Positions 10,729 through 20,225 of a stretch of 64,000 nt of DNA are shown in pieces. Below the pieces are notes generated by a model, which did not search any database, was not told the origin of the DNA, and worked only from the letters and a program-made list of their open reading frames with translations. Source of the DNA: an uncultured Pelagibacteraceae bacterium (GTDB lineage Bacteria > Pseudomonadota > Alphaproteobacteria > Pelagibacterales > AG-422-B15). How positions within the stretch are numbered: position 1 is the first letter of the stretch; each line of letters begins with the position of its first letter. Location: assembly GCA_902564295.1 (NCBI GenBank), contig CACFAO010000002.1, positions 12,126 through 76,125 of the forward strand. Reading direction: 5' to 3'. The position numbers and the translations under genes were made by a program.

Positions 10729-11577
10729 CTATTTTTTATTAAGTAACATTTTCAAACCGTCTTCTAATTGAATGTTGATTGACCATCCCGGTGGTGTTGA
10801 AAATATGATTGGTAAATTAAATCTTTCTCTTTCTCTATAAGGTCTTTTACCTAATGTAATTTTATCCTCTTTTTTTTCTAAAATCTCTCTCATTATTTGT
10901 AATATTGATTTAACCGTTCTGGGTTTTCCAGATCTTATACTGTATGTAAGAAGTGAGTTTTCTTGTTTCGTAGAGAGTTCGTCTCGTACAATATTTATTG
11001 CATTTAAAACATCCTCAATATGAACAAGGTCTATTAATTGATCACCAGCTGTCATATCTAGCGGCTTACCAAGTAAAAGTGCATTAATAATCAAATTAAT
11101 AATTTTTCTTCTGTTATCTCCTGGCCCATATGTATCATACAGTATTAAATATGCAATTTTTACTCCGTCCATTGCGTAGTGTTGTAATAGATCTTGAGCT
11201 GCCATTTTAGTTGATGCATACAAATTAAATGGGTTACATTCTTTTGTATCATCAAACTGCCAAGATGAACCAAAACATATTAGTTTCGTTTTTGATTTTT
11301 GTTTTTTTAATAAGGAAGCAACACTGTTTGGCCAAATTACATTTGAAACGATAAGATCATTTAAATCACTTATTTCATCCCCAGAACTTTGACTGGCACC
11401 TACATTGTAAATAGTTCCTATTTGCTTGTCGCTTAACAATAACTCGAGTTCAGAAATGCACTCCTCTGATTTCTGTGGCCTGAAACTCAAACATATGGTT
11501 TCTTCATTTCTCTCATTAAGCCAGTTTAGAAGAGATGAACCCAAAAAGCCGCTCGCACCATAAATTATATTAGTCAA
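10729..11577 (-). CDS. NAD(P)-dependent sugar epimerase/reductase (CDP-abequose/paratose synthase-like SDR)
   Basis: GASGFLG, NLYASTK, DTYGPGD.R, DLVHIEDV. Confidence 0.75.
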   Translation of the reverse strand: MTNIIYGASGFLGSSLLNWLNERNEETICLSFRPQKSEECISELELLLSDKQIGTIYNVGASQSSGDEISDLNDLIVSNVIWPNSVASLLKKQKSKTKLICFGSSWQFDDTKECNPFNLYASTKMAAQDLLQHYAMDGVKIAYLILYDTYGPGDNRRKIINLIINALLLGKPLDMTAGDQLIDLVHIEDVLNAINIVRDELSTKQENSLLTYSIRSGKPRTVKSILQIMREILEKKEDKITLGKRPYRERERFNLPIIFSTPPGWSINIQLEDGLKMLLNKK

Positions 11578-12110
11578 GCTGTTTGATCCTTAAAATCTGG
11601 GAGTGATTGGTCTTTATCACTTAATATTTTAATATTAAGGTCTTTGAGGCTAGCTAATGAAGTAGGGCTTATTCCAGCTTCATCACCAGGTGAGTATACC
11701 TTGTCACAGAAATTAACTATTATTGACTTCTCATGCGCAAAAATACCGTGAGCAAAACCCTCAGGTATTATTAAACCTCTGCCATCCATTTCATTAAGGG
11801 TTTTTCTAAAAACTTGGCCATATGTTGAGGAGTTCTTTCTTAGATCAAGGGCTATGTCCTCTATTTTTCCTTTTAAGCAAGTCACATATTTTTTCTGAGC
11901 TTTATTACCTAATTGATAATGAAGTCCTCTTAGGACTCCTTTTTTTGAAGAACTGAAATAAGTTTCAAAATTATTTCCAAAGATATCTTGAATGTCACTT
12001 TGCACCCATGGTTTTACAAATTTACCCCTATCATCCGATAGATTAAAATACTCAACAATATATAAACCTTCGAACTCAGACTCCGAGTATTTTACAGAAG
12101 GCTTTGTCAT
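11574..12110 (-). CDS. RmlC-family NDP-4-keto-sugar 3(,5)-epimerase, divergent second copy
   Basis: DDRG.F, GVLRGLHYQ, IPEGFAHG; start moved to ATG overlapping the upstream stop (ATGA). Confidence 0.85.
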   Translation of the reverse strand: MTKPSVKYSESEFEGLYIVEYFNLSDDRGKFVKPWVQSDIQDIFGNNFETYFSSSKKGVLRGLHYQLGNKAQKKYVTCLKGKIEDIALDLRKNSSTYGQVFRKTLNEMDGRGLIIPEGFAHGIFAHEKSIIVNFCDKVYSPGDEAGISPTSLASLKDLNIKILSDKDQSLPDFKDQTA

Positions 12111-13150
12111 AACCACTCTAAATTTTTATTTATTAAATTATTTTTCATATGACTTTGGAGCATTTTCAATCTCATATAATTAGACTCTCGAAAATTCTTA
12201 TCTGAAAAATTCATCTTATCAATTCCTTCAACTAATCTTTCAATTGACTCTGTTAGACTTAATTTAGGTATATATTTTGGGGCTAAGCTCTCAAATAAGC
12301 TAAAATCAACTTTGTATGACCTTAAATCTGGAGGGGCATCAGTATTTATAGAAATCTTGCAGCCTTTAACAATCTCACCAACTTTGTTTGCTAGATCTTT
12401 GACTTGATAATTAGATTTATTTGAACCAGTGTTCACTGCTAAGAAGTTACTATCCTTATAACTTTCTCTTATTGATGCCCAATGAATAGCTCTGGACATA
12501 TCCTCAACATCAATTAATGGACGCCATGGTGATCCGTCACTTAAAACAGTAATTTCTTTATGAAGTAATGAACATGCAACAAAATCATTAAGCACTAAAT
12601 CAAGTCTTAAACGATCAGACATTCCACATGCTGTAGCAAATCTCAAAGAAGTTACAAGCATTTCAGCTAAATCCATTGACTTAAAATCTTCCTCTGCTCC
12701 AATTTTAGATCGAGCATAAGCGGTCAGAGGATTAGTTTTATCATTTTCAGTTTTTGGAGCATTACTGGCCGATCCATACATACTACAACTTGAAGCAAAG
12801 ACAAAATTTTTCACTTTAGATCTTGAACATTTTTTAGCCAATTCGATTGTAGCAACTCTATTTATATCTTCTGTGACCGCTTCAAATTGCTTTCCCATTG
12901 GATCATTTGATACTGCTGCAAGGTGTATTACAGAGTCAAAGCCAATCAAATCGTTTTCTGAAATATTACGTGTATCGCCAAATATTTGCGTATCTAGATA
13001 TCTCTCAGGAAATTGCTCAGTTCCAGTTAGACAATGAGCAAAAAAACCACTATCGAAACCCACTATGTTTATATTCTCAATATTTTTCTTAAGGTATTTG
13101 ACAAGCGTGGGTCCAATATAGCCTAAATTTCCAGTTATTAAAATTTTCAT
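12107..13150 (-). CDS. NAD-dependent epimerase/dehydratase (extended SDR)
   Basis: TGNLGYIG, HLAAVSNDP, ASSCSMYG, YARSK. Confidence 0.85.
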   Translation of the reverse strand: MKILITGNLGYIGPTLVKYLKKNIENINIVGFDSGFFAHCLTGTEQFPERYLDTQIFGDTRNISENDLIGFDSVIHLAAVSNDPMGKQFEAVTEDINRVATIELAKKCSRSKVKNFVFASSCSMYGSASNAPKTENDKTNPLTAYARSKIGAEEDFKSMDLAEMLVTSLRFATACGMSDRLRLDLVLNDFVACSLLHKEITVLSDGSPWRPLIDVEDMSRAIHWASIRESYKDSNFLAVNTGSNKSNYQVKDLANKVGEIVKGCKISINTDAPPDLRSYKVDFSLFESLAPKYIPKLSLTESIERLVEGIDKMNFSDKNFRESNYMRLKMLQSHMKNNLINKNLEWL

Positions 13151-13154
13151 AAAA

Positions 13155-13925
13155 TTACCATTTTTTCCAAGGCGCCTCGTTTTGATCCCATTGCGTTTGA
13201 AGTGATACCTTATCTCTTAAGGTGTCCATCGGCTGCCAAAAACCCTCATGCTTATATACCATTAATTCATTATCCTTAGCTAAGTTTTCCATTGGTTCTT
13301 TCTCCCATACTGTACTATCACCCTCAATATATTTCTCAATTTTAGGAGATAGAACAAAAAAACCTCCATTAATCCAGCCTCCATCACCAACAGGTTTTTC
13401 TGTAAAACCAATTACTCTATCGTCCTGGATATCTAAAGAACCAAACCTACCAGGCGGTTGAACTCCCGTAACAGTTGCTAATTTTTTATTTTTTAAATGA
13501 AAATTGATGAGATCTTTTATGTTAACATCACTTAAACCATCACCATAAGTCAGACAAAAATAATCTTCTGTTTTAACATAGGGAATAATTTTTTTTATTC
13601 TGCCACCAATCATGGTATCTAACCCTGTATCTATTAAAGTTACTTTCCATGGTTCGGATAAATTTTTGTGAATATCGAGCTTGTTACTTTTTAAGTCAAA
13701 AGTAACATCTGACGTATGTAAGAAATAATTAGAAAAAAATTCTTTTATTACGTAAGATTTGTATCCTAAACAAATAATGAATTCATTTATACCGTAGTAA
13801 CTGTATAGTTTCATGATATGCCAAAGTATAGGCTTGGTGCCTATTTGAACCATTGGTTTTGGAATACTATCAGTTTCTTCTGATAGTCTTGTACCATATC
13901 CTCCTGCTAGTATTACTGCTTTCAT
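13155..13925 (-). CDS. rfbF: Glucose-1-phosphate cytidylyltransferase
   Basis: LAGGYGTRLSEET..IPKPMV, LTYGDG, INGGFFV, FWQPMDTLRDK. Confidence 0.95.
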   Translation of the reverse strand: MKAVILAGGYGTRLSEETDSIPKPMVQIGTKPILWHIMKLYSYYGINEFIICLGYKSYVIKEFFSNYFLHTSDVTFDLKSNKLDIHKNLSEPWKVTLIDTGLDTMIGGRIKKIIPYVKTEDYFCLTYGDGLSDVNIKDLINFHLKNKKLATVTGVQPPGRFGSLDIQDDRVIGFTEKPVGDGGWINGGFFVLSPKIEKYIEGDSTVWEKEPMENLAKDNELMVYKHEGFWQPMDTLRDKVSLQTQWDQNEAPWKKW

Positions 13926-14005
13926 TGAATAGAACTAGATATTATGTATTTAATTTGGAGACAATATATATAAAAAATTTAGAAAAACTATTATATTTTA
14001 ACAGT

Positions 14006-14545
14006 TTAAGTAAGTTCTTCCAAGTTTTTAGCATCTTTATCTTTTTCACTAACCAAAACGTCACTTTTAATCGGCCAGTCAATATCTAATTGTGGGTCAT
14101 TATAATTAATCGAACATTCAAGTTCAGGATTATAAATTTCTGTCATATTATACTGAACAAGTGTTTCTTCATCTAAAGATTGAAACCCATGAGCATATCC
14201 TGGTGGAATCCATAAAATATTTTTTTTATATGAGTCAAGTACAATTGATATATGTTTGCCAAATGTTTTCGAATTTTTTTTAATATCTAAAATAACATCA
14301 AATATTTTTCCAGATAATACCGAAATTAGCTTTCCCTGTTCATTTGGAGGTTTTTGAAAATGGAGTCCTCTAATAACGCCTTTTTTATTAAAAACGATAT
14401 TTTGTTGCTTAAACGAGATACCTTCTCCTAAAGTTGATATTACATTTTTTATATTATAGTTTTCATATAGATAACCTCTTTCATCATCGAAGAGTTTTGG
14501 TTTTAATTCTAATACCCCTTCAAGCTCTAGATTTTTGATATTCAC
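14006..14545 (-). CDS. rmlC: dTDP-4-dehydrorhamnose 3,5-epimerase
   Basis: DERG, GVIRGLHFQ, WIPPGYAHGF; within rml cluster. Confidence 0.92.
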   Translation of the reverse strand: MNIKNLELEGVLELKPKLFDDERGYLYENYNIKNVISTLGEGISFKQQNIVFNKKGVIRGLHFQKPPNEQGKLISVLSGKIFDVILDIKKNSKTFGKHISIVLDSYKKNILWIPPGYAHGFQSLDEETLVQYNMTEIYNPELECSINYNDPQLDIDWPIKSDVLVSEKDKDAKNLEELT

Positions 14546-14550
14546 TTTAA

Positions 14551-15426
14551 TTATTTTTCTGTTTCAAGTACTTGTAAAAGATAATCGCCGTATGAATTAT
14601 TGAAATCATTAGCAATTTTTTCAAGCTTGAATTGATCAATCCATCCGTTTTTGTATGCAATTTCCTCAGGACAGCAAATCTTGAGACCTTGTCTTTTTTC
14701 TAATAAAGATACAAATTGTGACGCATCTAAAAGAGTTTCATGGGTACCTGTATCTAGCCATGCAACACCTCTTCCCATCAATTGAGAATTTAATTTATTT
14801 TCATCTAAATACAAATTATTAAGATCTGTAATCTCAAGTTCTCCTCTTTTAGATGGTGATAATGATTTCGCTTTTTCAACTACTGTATGGTCATAAAAAT
14901 ATAGCCCTGTAATCGCATAATTAGACTTAGGAATTAGAGGCTTCTCTTCAATTGATAAAATTTTTCCAACATCTGAAAATTCAATTACTCCATATCGTTC
15001 AGGATCATTAACGTGGTAGGCAAAAATTGTTGCACCTTCTTTTTGGTTATTAGCATTCTGTAATTTTGGCAGTAATTCTGCGCCGTAGAATATATTATCG
15101 CCTAAAATTAATGCTGTGGAGTGACCATTGATAAAATTTTCTCCTATCAAAAATGCTTGTGCTAGACCATCTGGAGAAGGTTGAACTTCATAATGTATAT
15201 TCAATCCCCATATTTCTCCATTTCCAATTAAATTTTTATAAAGGTCTATATCTTTTGGAGTTGAAATTATTAAAATTTCTCTCAAACCTGTTAACATTAG
15301 AATTGATAATGGGTAATAAACCATTGGCTTATCATAAACTGGAAGTAATTGTTTACTAATGCTATTAGTTACTGGATAAAGTCTTGTTCCTGTGCCTCCT
15401 GCTAAAATAATTCCTTTTCTTGTCAT
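14551..15426 (-). CDS. rmlA: Glucose-1-phosphate thymidylyltransferase
   Basis: GIILAGGTGTRLYP, KQLLPVYDKPM, RGELEITD, WLDTGT. Confidence 0.97.
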   Translation of the reverse strand: MTRKGIILAGGTGTRLYPVTNSISKQLLPVYDKPMVYYPLSILMLTGLREILIISTPKDIDLYKNLIGNGEIWGLNIHYEVQPSPDGLAQAFLIGENFINGHSTALILGDNIFYGAELLPKLQNANNQKEGATIFAYHVNDPERYGVIEFSDVGKILSIEEKPLIPKSNYAITGLYFYDHTVVEKAKSLSPSKRGELEITDLNNLYLDENKLNSQLMGRGVAWLDTGTHETLLDASQFVSLLEKRQGLKICCPEEIAYKNGWIDQFKLEKIANDFNNSYGDYLLQVLETEK

Positions 15427-15435
15427 AATTCTATT

Positions 15436-16296
15436 TTATAGATTAGATAATACTTCATTACAATCACTCTTCCAATGAGGCAAAGAAAAAGATAGTTCTT
15501 TCTCAATTTTACTTGTTTCAAGATAGGAATTAAAAGGTCTTTCAGCGTTACTTTTACTTTTGATAGTTTGTGTAGCAACAAAATTTATTTTAGTATCGAA
15601 AAAATTTTTTTCAAAAAGCACATTAAGAAAGTAACTTGCAAAATCGTATTTACTTATTTTTTCTTTTGATGCAACATGATAAATACCATATTCTGCATCT
15701 GGCTTGTTTAAAAGTTTTAAGGTAGTTTTTACTAAAAGTGATGTAGAAGTTGGAGATCCATATTGATCATTTACAACAAAAATATCGTTACCTTTTTTTG
15801 CAGAATTAATTATTTTTGTAAAAAAATTATTTCCGAAAGTAGAATATAGCCAGCTAGTTCTTATTATAAAGTGCTTACAACCAGAATTAATTAAATATTT
15901 CTCTCCTTCTAATTTAGATATACCATAATTATTCACTGGATTTGGTATATCGTCCTCAAAAAATCCTTCATTTGTTTTTCCATCAAAAACAAAGTCAGTA
16001 GAATAGTGAACTAAAATGGTATCAAGTTTTTTTGCAACTTCTGCTATCACTCCAACTGCCTCAGCATTAATTAACTTGGCCTCTTTTATATTTTTTTCAG
16101 CAGAGTCTACGTCGGTATAAGCAGCAGTATTAATAATTATATTTGGTCGTATCTCTCTTATTGTTTTATCTAACTTTTTTAAGTCTTTAAAATCTAAAGA
16201 GCCAGAATTGTATTGCACTAGTTGATAGTCTTTCGATAAGTTTGGGTAGAAACTTTTACCCAGTTGGCCAGATGATCCGGTAAGTAAAACAATCAT
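15436..16296 (-). CDS. rmlD: dTDP-4-dehydrorhamnose reductase
   Basis: TGSSGQLG, AAYTDVDSAE, YSTDFVFDG, YGISK. Confidence 0.93.
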   Translation of the reverse strand: MIVLLTGSSGQLGKSFYPNLSKDYQLVQYNSGSLDFKDLKKLDKTIREIRPNIIINTAAYTDVDSAEKNIKEAKLINAEAVGVIAEVAKKLDTILVHYSTDFVFDGKTNEGFFEDDIPNPVNNYGISKLEGEKYLINSGCKHFIIRTSWLYSTFGNNFFTKIINSAKKGNDIFVVNDQYGSPTSTSLLVKTTLKLLNKPDAEYGIYHVASKEKISKYDFASYFLNVLFEKNFFDTKINFVATQTIKSKSNAERPFNSYLETSKIEKELSFSLPHWKSDCNEVLSNL

Positions 16297-17354
16297 TTAT
16301 AATTTAAGTCTATCCATTCTTTATAATCTCCTGAAGTAATATTTTTTACCCATGCTTGATTATCTAAATACCATTGAATAGTTATATCTATTCCCTCTAT
16401 AAATTTTATATGAGGTTTCCAATTAAGTTCATTTTTTATTTTTGTTGAATTTATTGCATACCTTCTATCATGCCCGGGGCGGTCTTTAACATACGAAATA
16501 AGTGAATCATACTTATTGTCTTTCATTGGAGAAAGTTCATCGAGTTTAGCACATATAATGTTTACAATATCAATATTAGTAATTTCATTATCTCCTCCAA
16601 TATTATACGTCTCACCGACTGTACCCTTAGCTAGCACTTCGCATATTGCATCACAATGATCATCTACAAAAAGCCAATCGCGTATTTGCCTTCCATCTCC
16701 ATAGATTGGTATTTGTTTATTTTCTAAAGCATTGTGAATAGTTAAAGGTATTAGTTTTTCTGGAAATTGATAAGGCCCATAATTATTGGAACAATTTGTA
16801 ATACAGACAGGTAGTCCGTAAGTTTTGCAATATGATCTAGCAAGGTGATCTCCTGCCGCTTTACTTGCGGCATAAGGACTATTTGGCAAATATTGGTTCT
16901 GTTCGGTAAATTTATCTTCTTCTTCTTTTAAGGATCCATAAACTTCATCAGTTGATACCTGAATAATTTTGAAACTATTTTTTTTATTGCTATTTAATCT
17001 AAAAAAGTAATCTTTTGATGCTTCTAATAAACTAAATACACCATTAATGTTTGTTCTTATAAAAGCTTCCGGACTATGAATACTTCGATCTACGTGACTT
17101 TCAGCGGCAAAATTTATCACTGCTCGAGGTTCATACTTATTTATTAGTTTATAAATTTTACTTTTTTCTGCAATATCAACTTTTTCAAAAATATATCTTT
17201 TATCGTTTGATATATCTTTTAAAGAATTAATATTTCCGGCATAGGTAAGCAAATCAACATTTACAATTTTTTCTTCATTTTTTGATAACCAACGATGAAT
17301 GAAGTTGCTGCCAATAAATCCTGCTCCACCTGTTATAAGAATAGTCATAATCAA
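16293..17354 (-). CDS. rmlB: dTDP-glucose 4,6-dehydratase
   Basis: GGAGFIGSN, FAAESHVDRSI, STDEVYG, NNYGPYQFPEKLIP. Confidence 0.97.
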   Translation of the reverse strand: MIMTILITGGAGFIGSNFIHRWLSKNEEKIVNVDLLTYAGNINSLKDISNDKRYIFEKVDIAEKSKIYKLINKYEPRAVINFAAESHVDRSIHSPEAFIRTNINGVFSLLEASKDYFFRLNSNKKNSFKIIQVSTDEVYGSLKEEEDKFTEQNQYLPNSPYAASKAAGDHLARSYCKTYGLPVCITNCSNNYGPYQFPEKLIPLTIHNALENKQIPIYGDGRQIRDWLFVDDHCDAICEVLAKGTVGETYNIGGDNEITNIDIVNIICAKLDELSPMKDNKYDSLISYVKDRPGHDRRYAINSTKIKNELNWKPHIKFIEGIDITIQWYLDNQAWVKNITSGDYKEWIDLNYK

Positions 17355-18290
17355 TTATAGAAGTTTTAATATAAATAAGATCTTGATAGCCATATTTTCA
17401 ATTTTTGATTGACGATAAAAGGGTATACGATTAGCAGAATATAATCTCCCTAAAAAATTTTTATTTCGTAATATATTAAAATTATTTAATGTAATAACGT
17501 TTTTTTTATCTATGAGGTGCTCAATATGTTGCAGTGATCTAAAATTTAATTCATACCATTCTCTGAATTTTCCCCTAAAAACAAGTATAGCCCTTTGAAG
17601 TCTAGCATTAAGCGTTAAATTTTGACCAATCTTATTATTTTCGTGTTGGCGATACAGTATGTCTGGCTCCGGGTTATAAAAAATATTACCTCCTGCAGCA
17701 GTTGCTAATATATAAGCATGCCAGTCATGAGAGATAATGTTTCTTTGTGTTCCAAATTTTAAGAATAATTTGCGAAGTTTTTTATTCATCACCATAGTAT
17801 TGGCTCCCGCAATACTTTGAATCATAGCATTTTCAAAAGTAGGCTTTAATTTAAATAATTTTGATTTACCAATAACTTTATTTTTGGCATCAATTAGAAT
17901 TGTTCTAGAGCAATAGAGAGCTATTTCATGATTTGTAAATGAACTTAAGTACTTTACGGAGTTTTCAATTTTTTCTGGAAGCCAAATATCATCTTGATCC
18001 GAAAAAGCAAAATAATCTCCTGAAATCTGGGTTTTACATATCAAATATAAAAAATTTGAGGCGAATCCTTGCATTGGTCCATTGAAAATTTCAATTTTTT
18101 CCTTACCCCATTTTTTTACATAATTATTTAGTATCTCTAATGTTCTGTCTGAAGAGCCATCATCCGATACCCATAATTTCCAATTTTTGTATGTTTGGTC
18201 CTCAATGGATTGCATCTGTTGCTCTAAATACTCAGCACCGTTAAAAGTTGCCATAAGGATTGCAACTTGCTTTTCTTTCATTAATTTCAT
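17355..18290 (-). CDS. GT2 glycosyltransferase, rhamnosyltransferase-like (RgpB type)
   Basis: MATFNG, DDGSSD, FSDQDDIW, HDW, YRQHENN. Confidence 0.85.
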   Translation of the reverse strand: MKLMKEKQVAILMATFNGAEYLEQQMQSIEDQTYKNWKLWVSDDGSSDRTLEILNNYVKKWGKEKIEIFNGPMQGFASNFLYLICKTQISGDYFAFSDQDDIWLPEKIENSVKYLSSFTNHEIALYCSRTILIDAKNKVIGKSKLFKLKPTFENAMIQSIAGANTMVMNKKLRKLFLKFGTQRNIISHDWHAYILATAAGGNIFYNPEPDILYRQHENNKIGQNLTLNARLQRAILVFRGKFREWYELNFRSLQHIEHLIDKKNVITLNNFNILRNKNFLGRLYSANRIPFYRQSKIENMAIKILFILKLL

Positions 18291-18366
18291 ACGCCAAAAC
18301 TAACTCTAAAAAGTTTTTAATTAGTTCTAATTAAAATATCCTTATCAATGTATTAACCACAATATT

Positions 18367-18443
<77 letters not shown>

Positions 18444-18456
18444 CTATAAAATAATG

Positions 18457-18484
18457 TGTATATATTACAAAATAATGTTGTCAA
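18457..18484 (-). promoter_or_regulatory. Sigma70-type promoter of tRNA-fMet
   Basis: Minus strand TTGACA-16 bp-TATACA just upstream of the tRNA. Confidence 0.6.
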
Positions 18485-18540
18485 ACAAATGATTAAGTCT
18501 GACCTATTAATTAATACTGATCAATGTATAATCCTGAAAT

Positions 18541-19317
18541 ATGCATCGATTTTTTGAACCTGTAATTATGCCAGTTCTTGAGGAACTTATATTAATCAAA
18601 GGTAAAATTGTAATTACCGAGGTCGGTATTGACGCCTTGGATAATACTTTAAAAATTGCAAGTAAGTTTCAAGATAAAGTTTTACTAAATTTAATTGATC
18701 CTTATCCTGCAAAAATACCAGATGAAATCCTTAAAGATTTTAATAATTATAAATACTATGATGATTTAAGTCTGAATGTTTTGAATAAAGAAATTACAAG
18801 CTCTGATGTAATATTGTTAGATGGGGATCACAATTACTACACAATGTACAATGAATTAGAGTTAATAAATTTATTTAATAAATTTCCATTAATAATGATG
18901 CATGATGTAAATTGGCCATATGCTAGAAGAGATCTCTATTATCATCCTGAAAACATTCCAGATGAAAACAAGCATCCCCATACTCTCGAAGGACTAAATC
19001 CTGAAAATGATATGCCTATTCAGTTCGGAGGATATAATGAAGGATTATGGAATTCAATTGATAGTGGTAAGCCAAAAATGGGAGTACTAACAGCGATAGA
19101 GGATTTTGTTAAAAAAAATGATAAACTAAATTTTTTTCAAATTCCTATTTGGAATGGTTTAGGTTTTGTTTATGAAAAAAATAGTGCTGAAGAAAAAGTA
19201 ATAAATAAATATAAGTTAAATGAAATTTCAAAATTACTCATGGAAAAAGTAGAATTTGATAGAGTTAAATTTGATTATTGGCTAAGAAATGCTCTTCATA
19301 AAATTAATAAAACATAA
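18541..19317 (+). CDS. Class I SAM methyltransferase (Methyltransf_24-like)
   Basis: TEVG, LLDGDHNY, HDVNWPYARRD, GVLTAIEDF. Confidence 0.75.
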   Translation: MHRFFEPVIMPVLEELILIKGKIVITEVGIDALDNTLKIASKFQDKVLLNLIDPYPAKIPDEILKDFNNYKYYDDLSLNVLNKEITSSDVILLDGDHNYYTMYNELELINLFNKFPLIMMHDVNWPYARRDLYYHPENIPDENKHPHTLEGLNPENDMPIQFGGYNEGLWNSIDSGKPKMGVLTAIEDFVKKNDKLNFFQIPIWNGLGFVYEKNSAEEKVINKYKLNEISKLLMEKVEFDRVKFDYWLRNALHKINKT

Positions 19318-19357
19318 ATGTGCGACAAAAATACTATCTCAGAATTCCAAGATATTA

Positions 19358-19374
19358 CTTAGAATAATTCTAAG
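19358..19374. promoter_or_regulatory. Perfect 8-1-8 palindrome resembling an Irr iron control element
   Basis: CTTAGAAT-A-ATTCTAAG; 15/17 match to TTTRGAAYNRTTCYAAA. Confidence 0.5.
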
Positions 19375-19483
19375 CTATGCAGATATATTGCCAATATGTA
19401 ACAATAATCTCTCAATTTTATTGACTATTTATATACATAATTTAACAAGAACTTTGAACAGAAAAATATAACGCTTATAAATT

Positions 19484-20209
19484 ATGGGTAAAAGTAGCTC
19501 AATTAAATTAATACATTCTGGCACTCCAGATGATTTTATAAATGTTCTTACGGAGGAAGTAAAAAATCATTCAGCAGTGAATCACGAATATCTTAAACGT
19601 TTAGGAAATGGGGATTTTAAAAACAACTATGAAGCTCTTAGGGATTACGCGCATCAATACTCTTTTTATTCAATGTGGTTTCCTGAATATATAAGATCAG
19701 TTATTGGCTCAACAAATGATAAAAATATCATAGAACCACTAAACGATAATCTCCAGGAGGAATTGGGTGATGAAGAATCGAATCATGTACCACATACCGA
19801 ATTATTTGCTGATTTTAAATCCAAAATAGGAATTGATGATGAATACAAAATGAATAATCCAATGAGTTTAACTGTTAAGATTTGGAGAGAACTATTTTTG
19901 CAAAAATGTAAATCAGATACAACTGCAATAGGTGTTGGAGCCATCAGCGTTGCGACTGAGTATATTGTCCCAGATATTTATCCCTATATTATTTCGTGTA
20001 TTGAAAACCATACAGACTTTGGTAAAGATGAAAGTTTCTTTTTTAGATTACACGTAGAATGTGATGTAGAACATGCTAATGAAGCAATTGAAGTTGCAAA
20101 ATATTTATGTAGCGATCCAGTCAATAGAGAAGCAATTAGATTTGGTGTTTTTTCGTCTCTCAACTTAAGAAATAGTTTCTGGGATAATCAATTAGCAAGA
20201 TCAATTTAA
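19484..20209 (+). CDS. Heme-oxygenase-like diiron oxidase (HDO; iron-containing redox enzyme, CADD/PqqC/TenA fold)
   Basis: Ligand pattern NLQEELG...PH / ATE / LHVECDVEH. Confidence 0.8.
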   Translation: MGKSSSIKLIHSGTPDDFINVLTEEVKNHSAVNHEYLKRLGNGDFKNNYEALRDYAHQYSFYSMWFPEYIRSVIGSTNDKNIIEPLNDNLQEELGDEESNHVPHTELFADFKSKIGIDDEYKMNNPMSLTVKIWRELFLQKCKSDTTAIGVGAISVATEYIVPDIYPYIISCIENHTDFGKDESFFFRLHVECDVEHANEAIEVAKYLCSDPVNREAIRFGVFSSLNLRNSFWDNQLARSI

Positions 20210-20225
20210 ATTAAAGAATAGAATA

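Noticed and set aside
18315-18336. 10-2-10 inverted repeat TTTTAATTAG-TT-CTAATTAAAA between tRNA-fMet and the GT2
   Set aside because: It is nearly all A/T with too small a loop for a stable terminator, and no cognate regulator can be assigned.
19289-19471. 60 aa ORF upstream of the HDO, considered as a RiPP precursor
   Set aside because: It overlaps the previous gene, spans the likely promoter and operator, and has no SD or leader/core pattern. No peptidase or peptide exporter is nearby.
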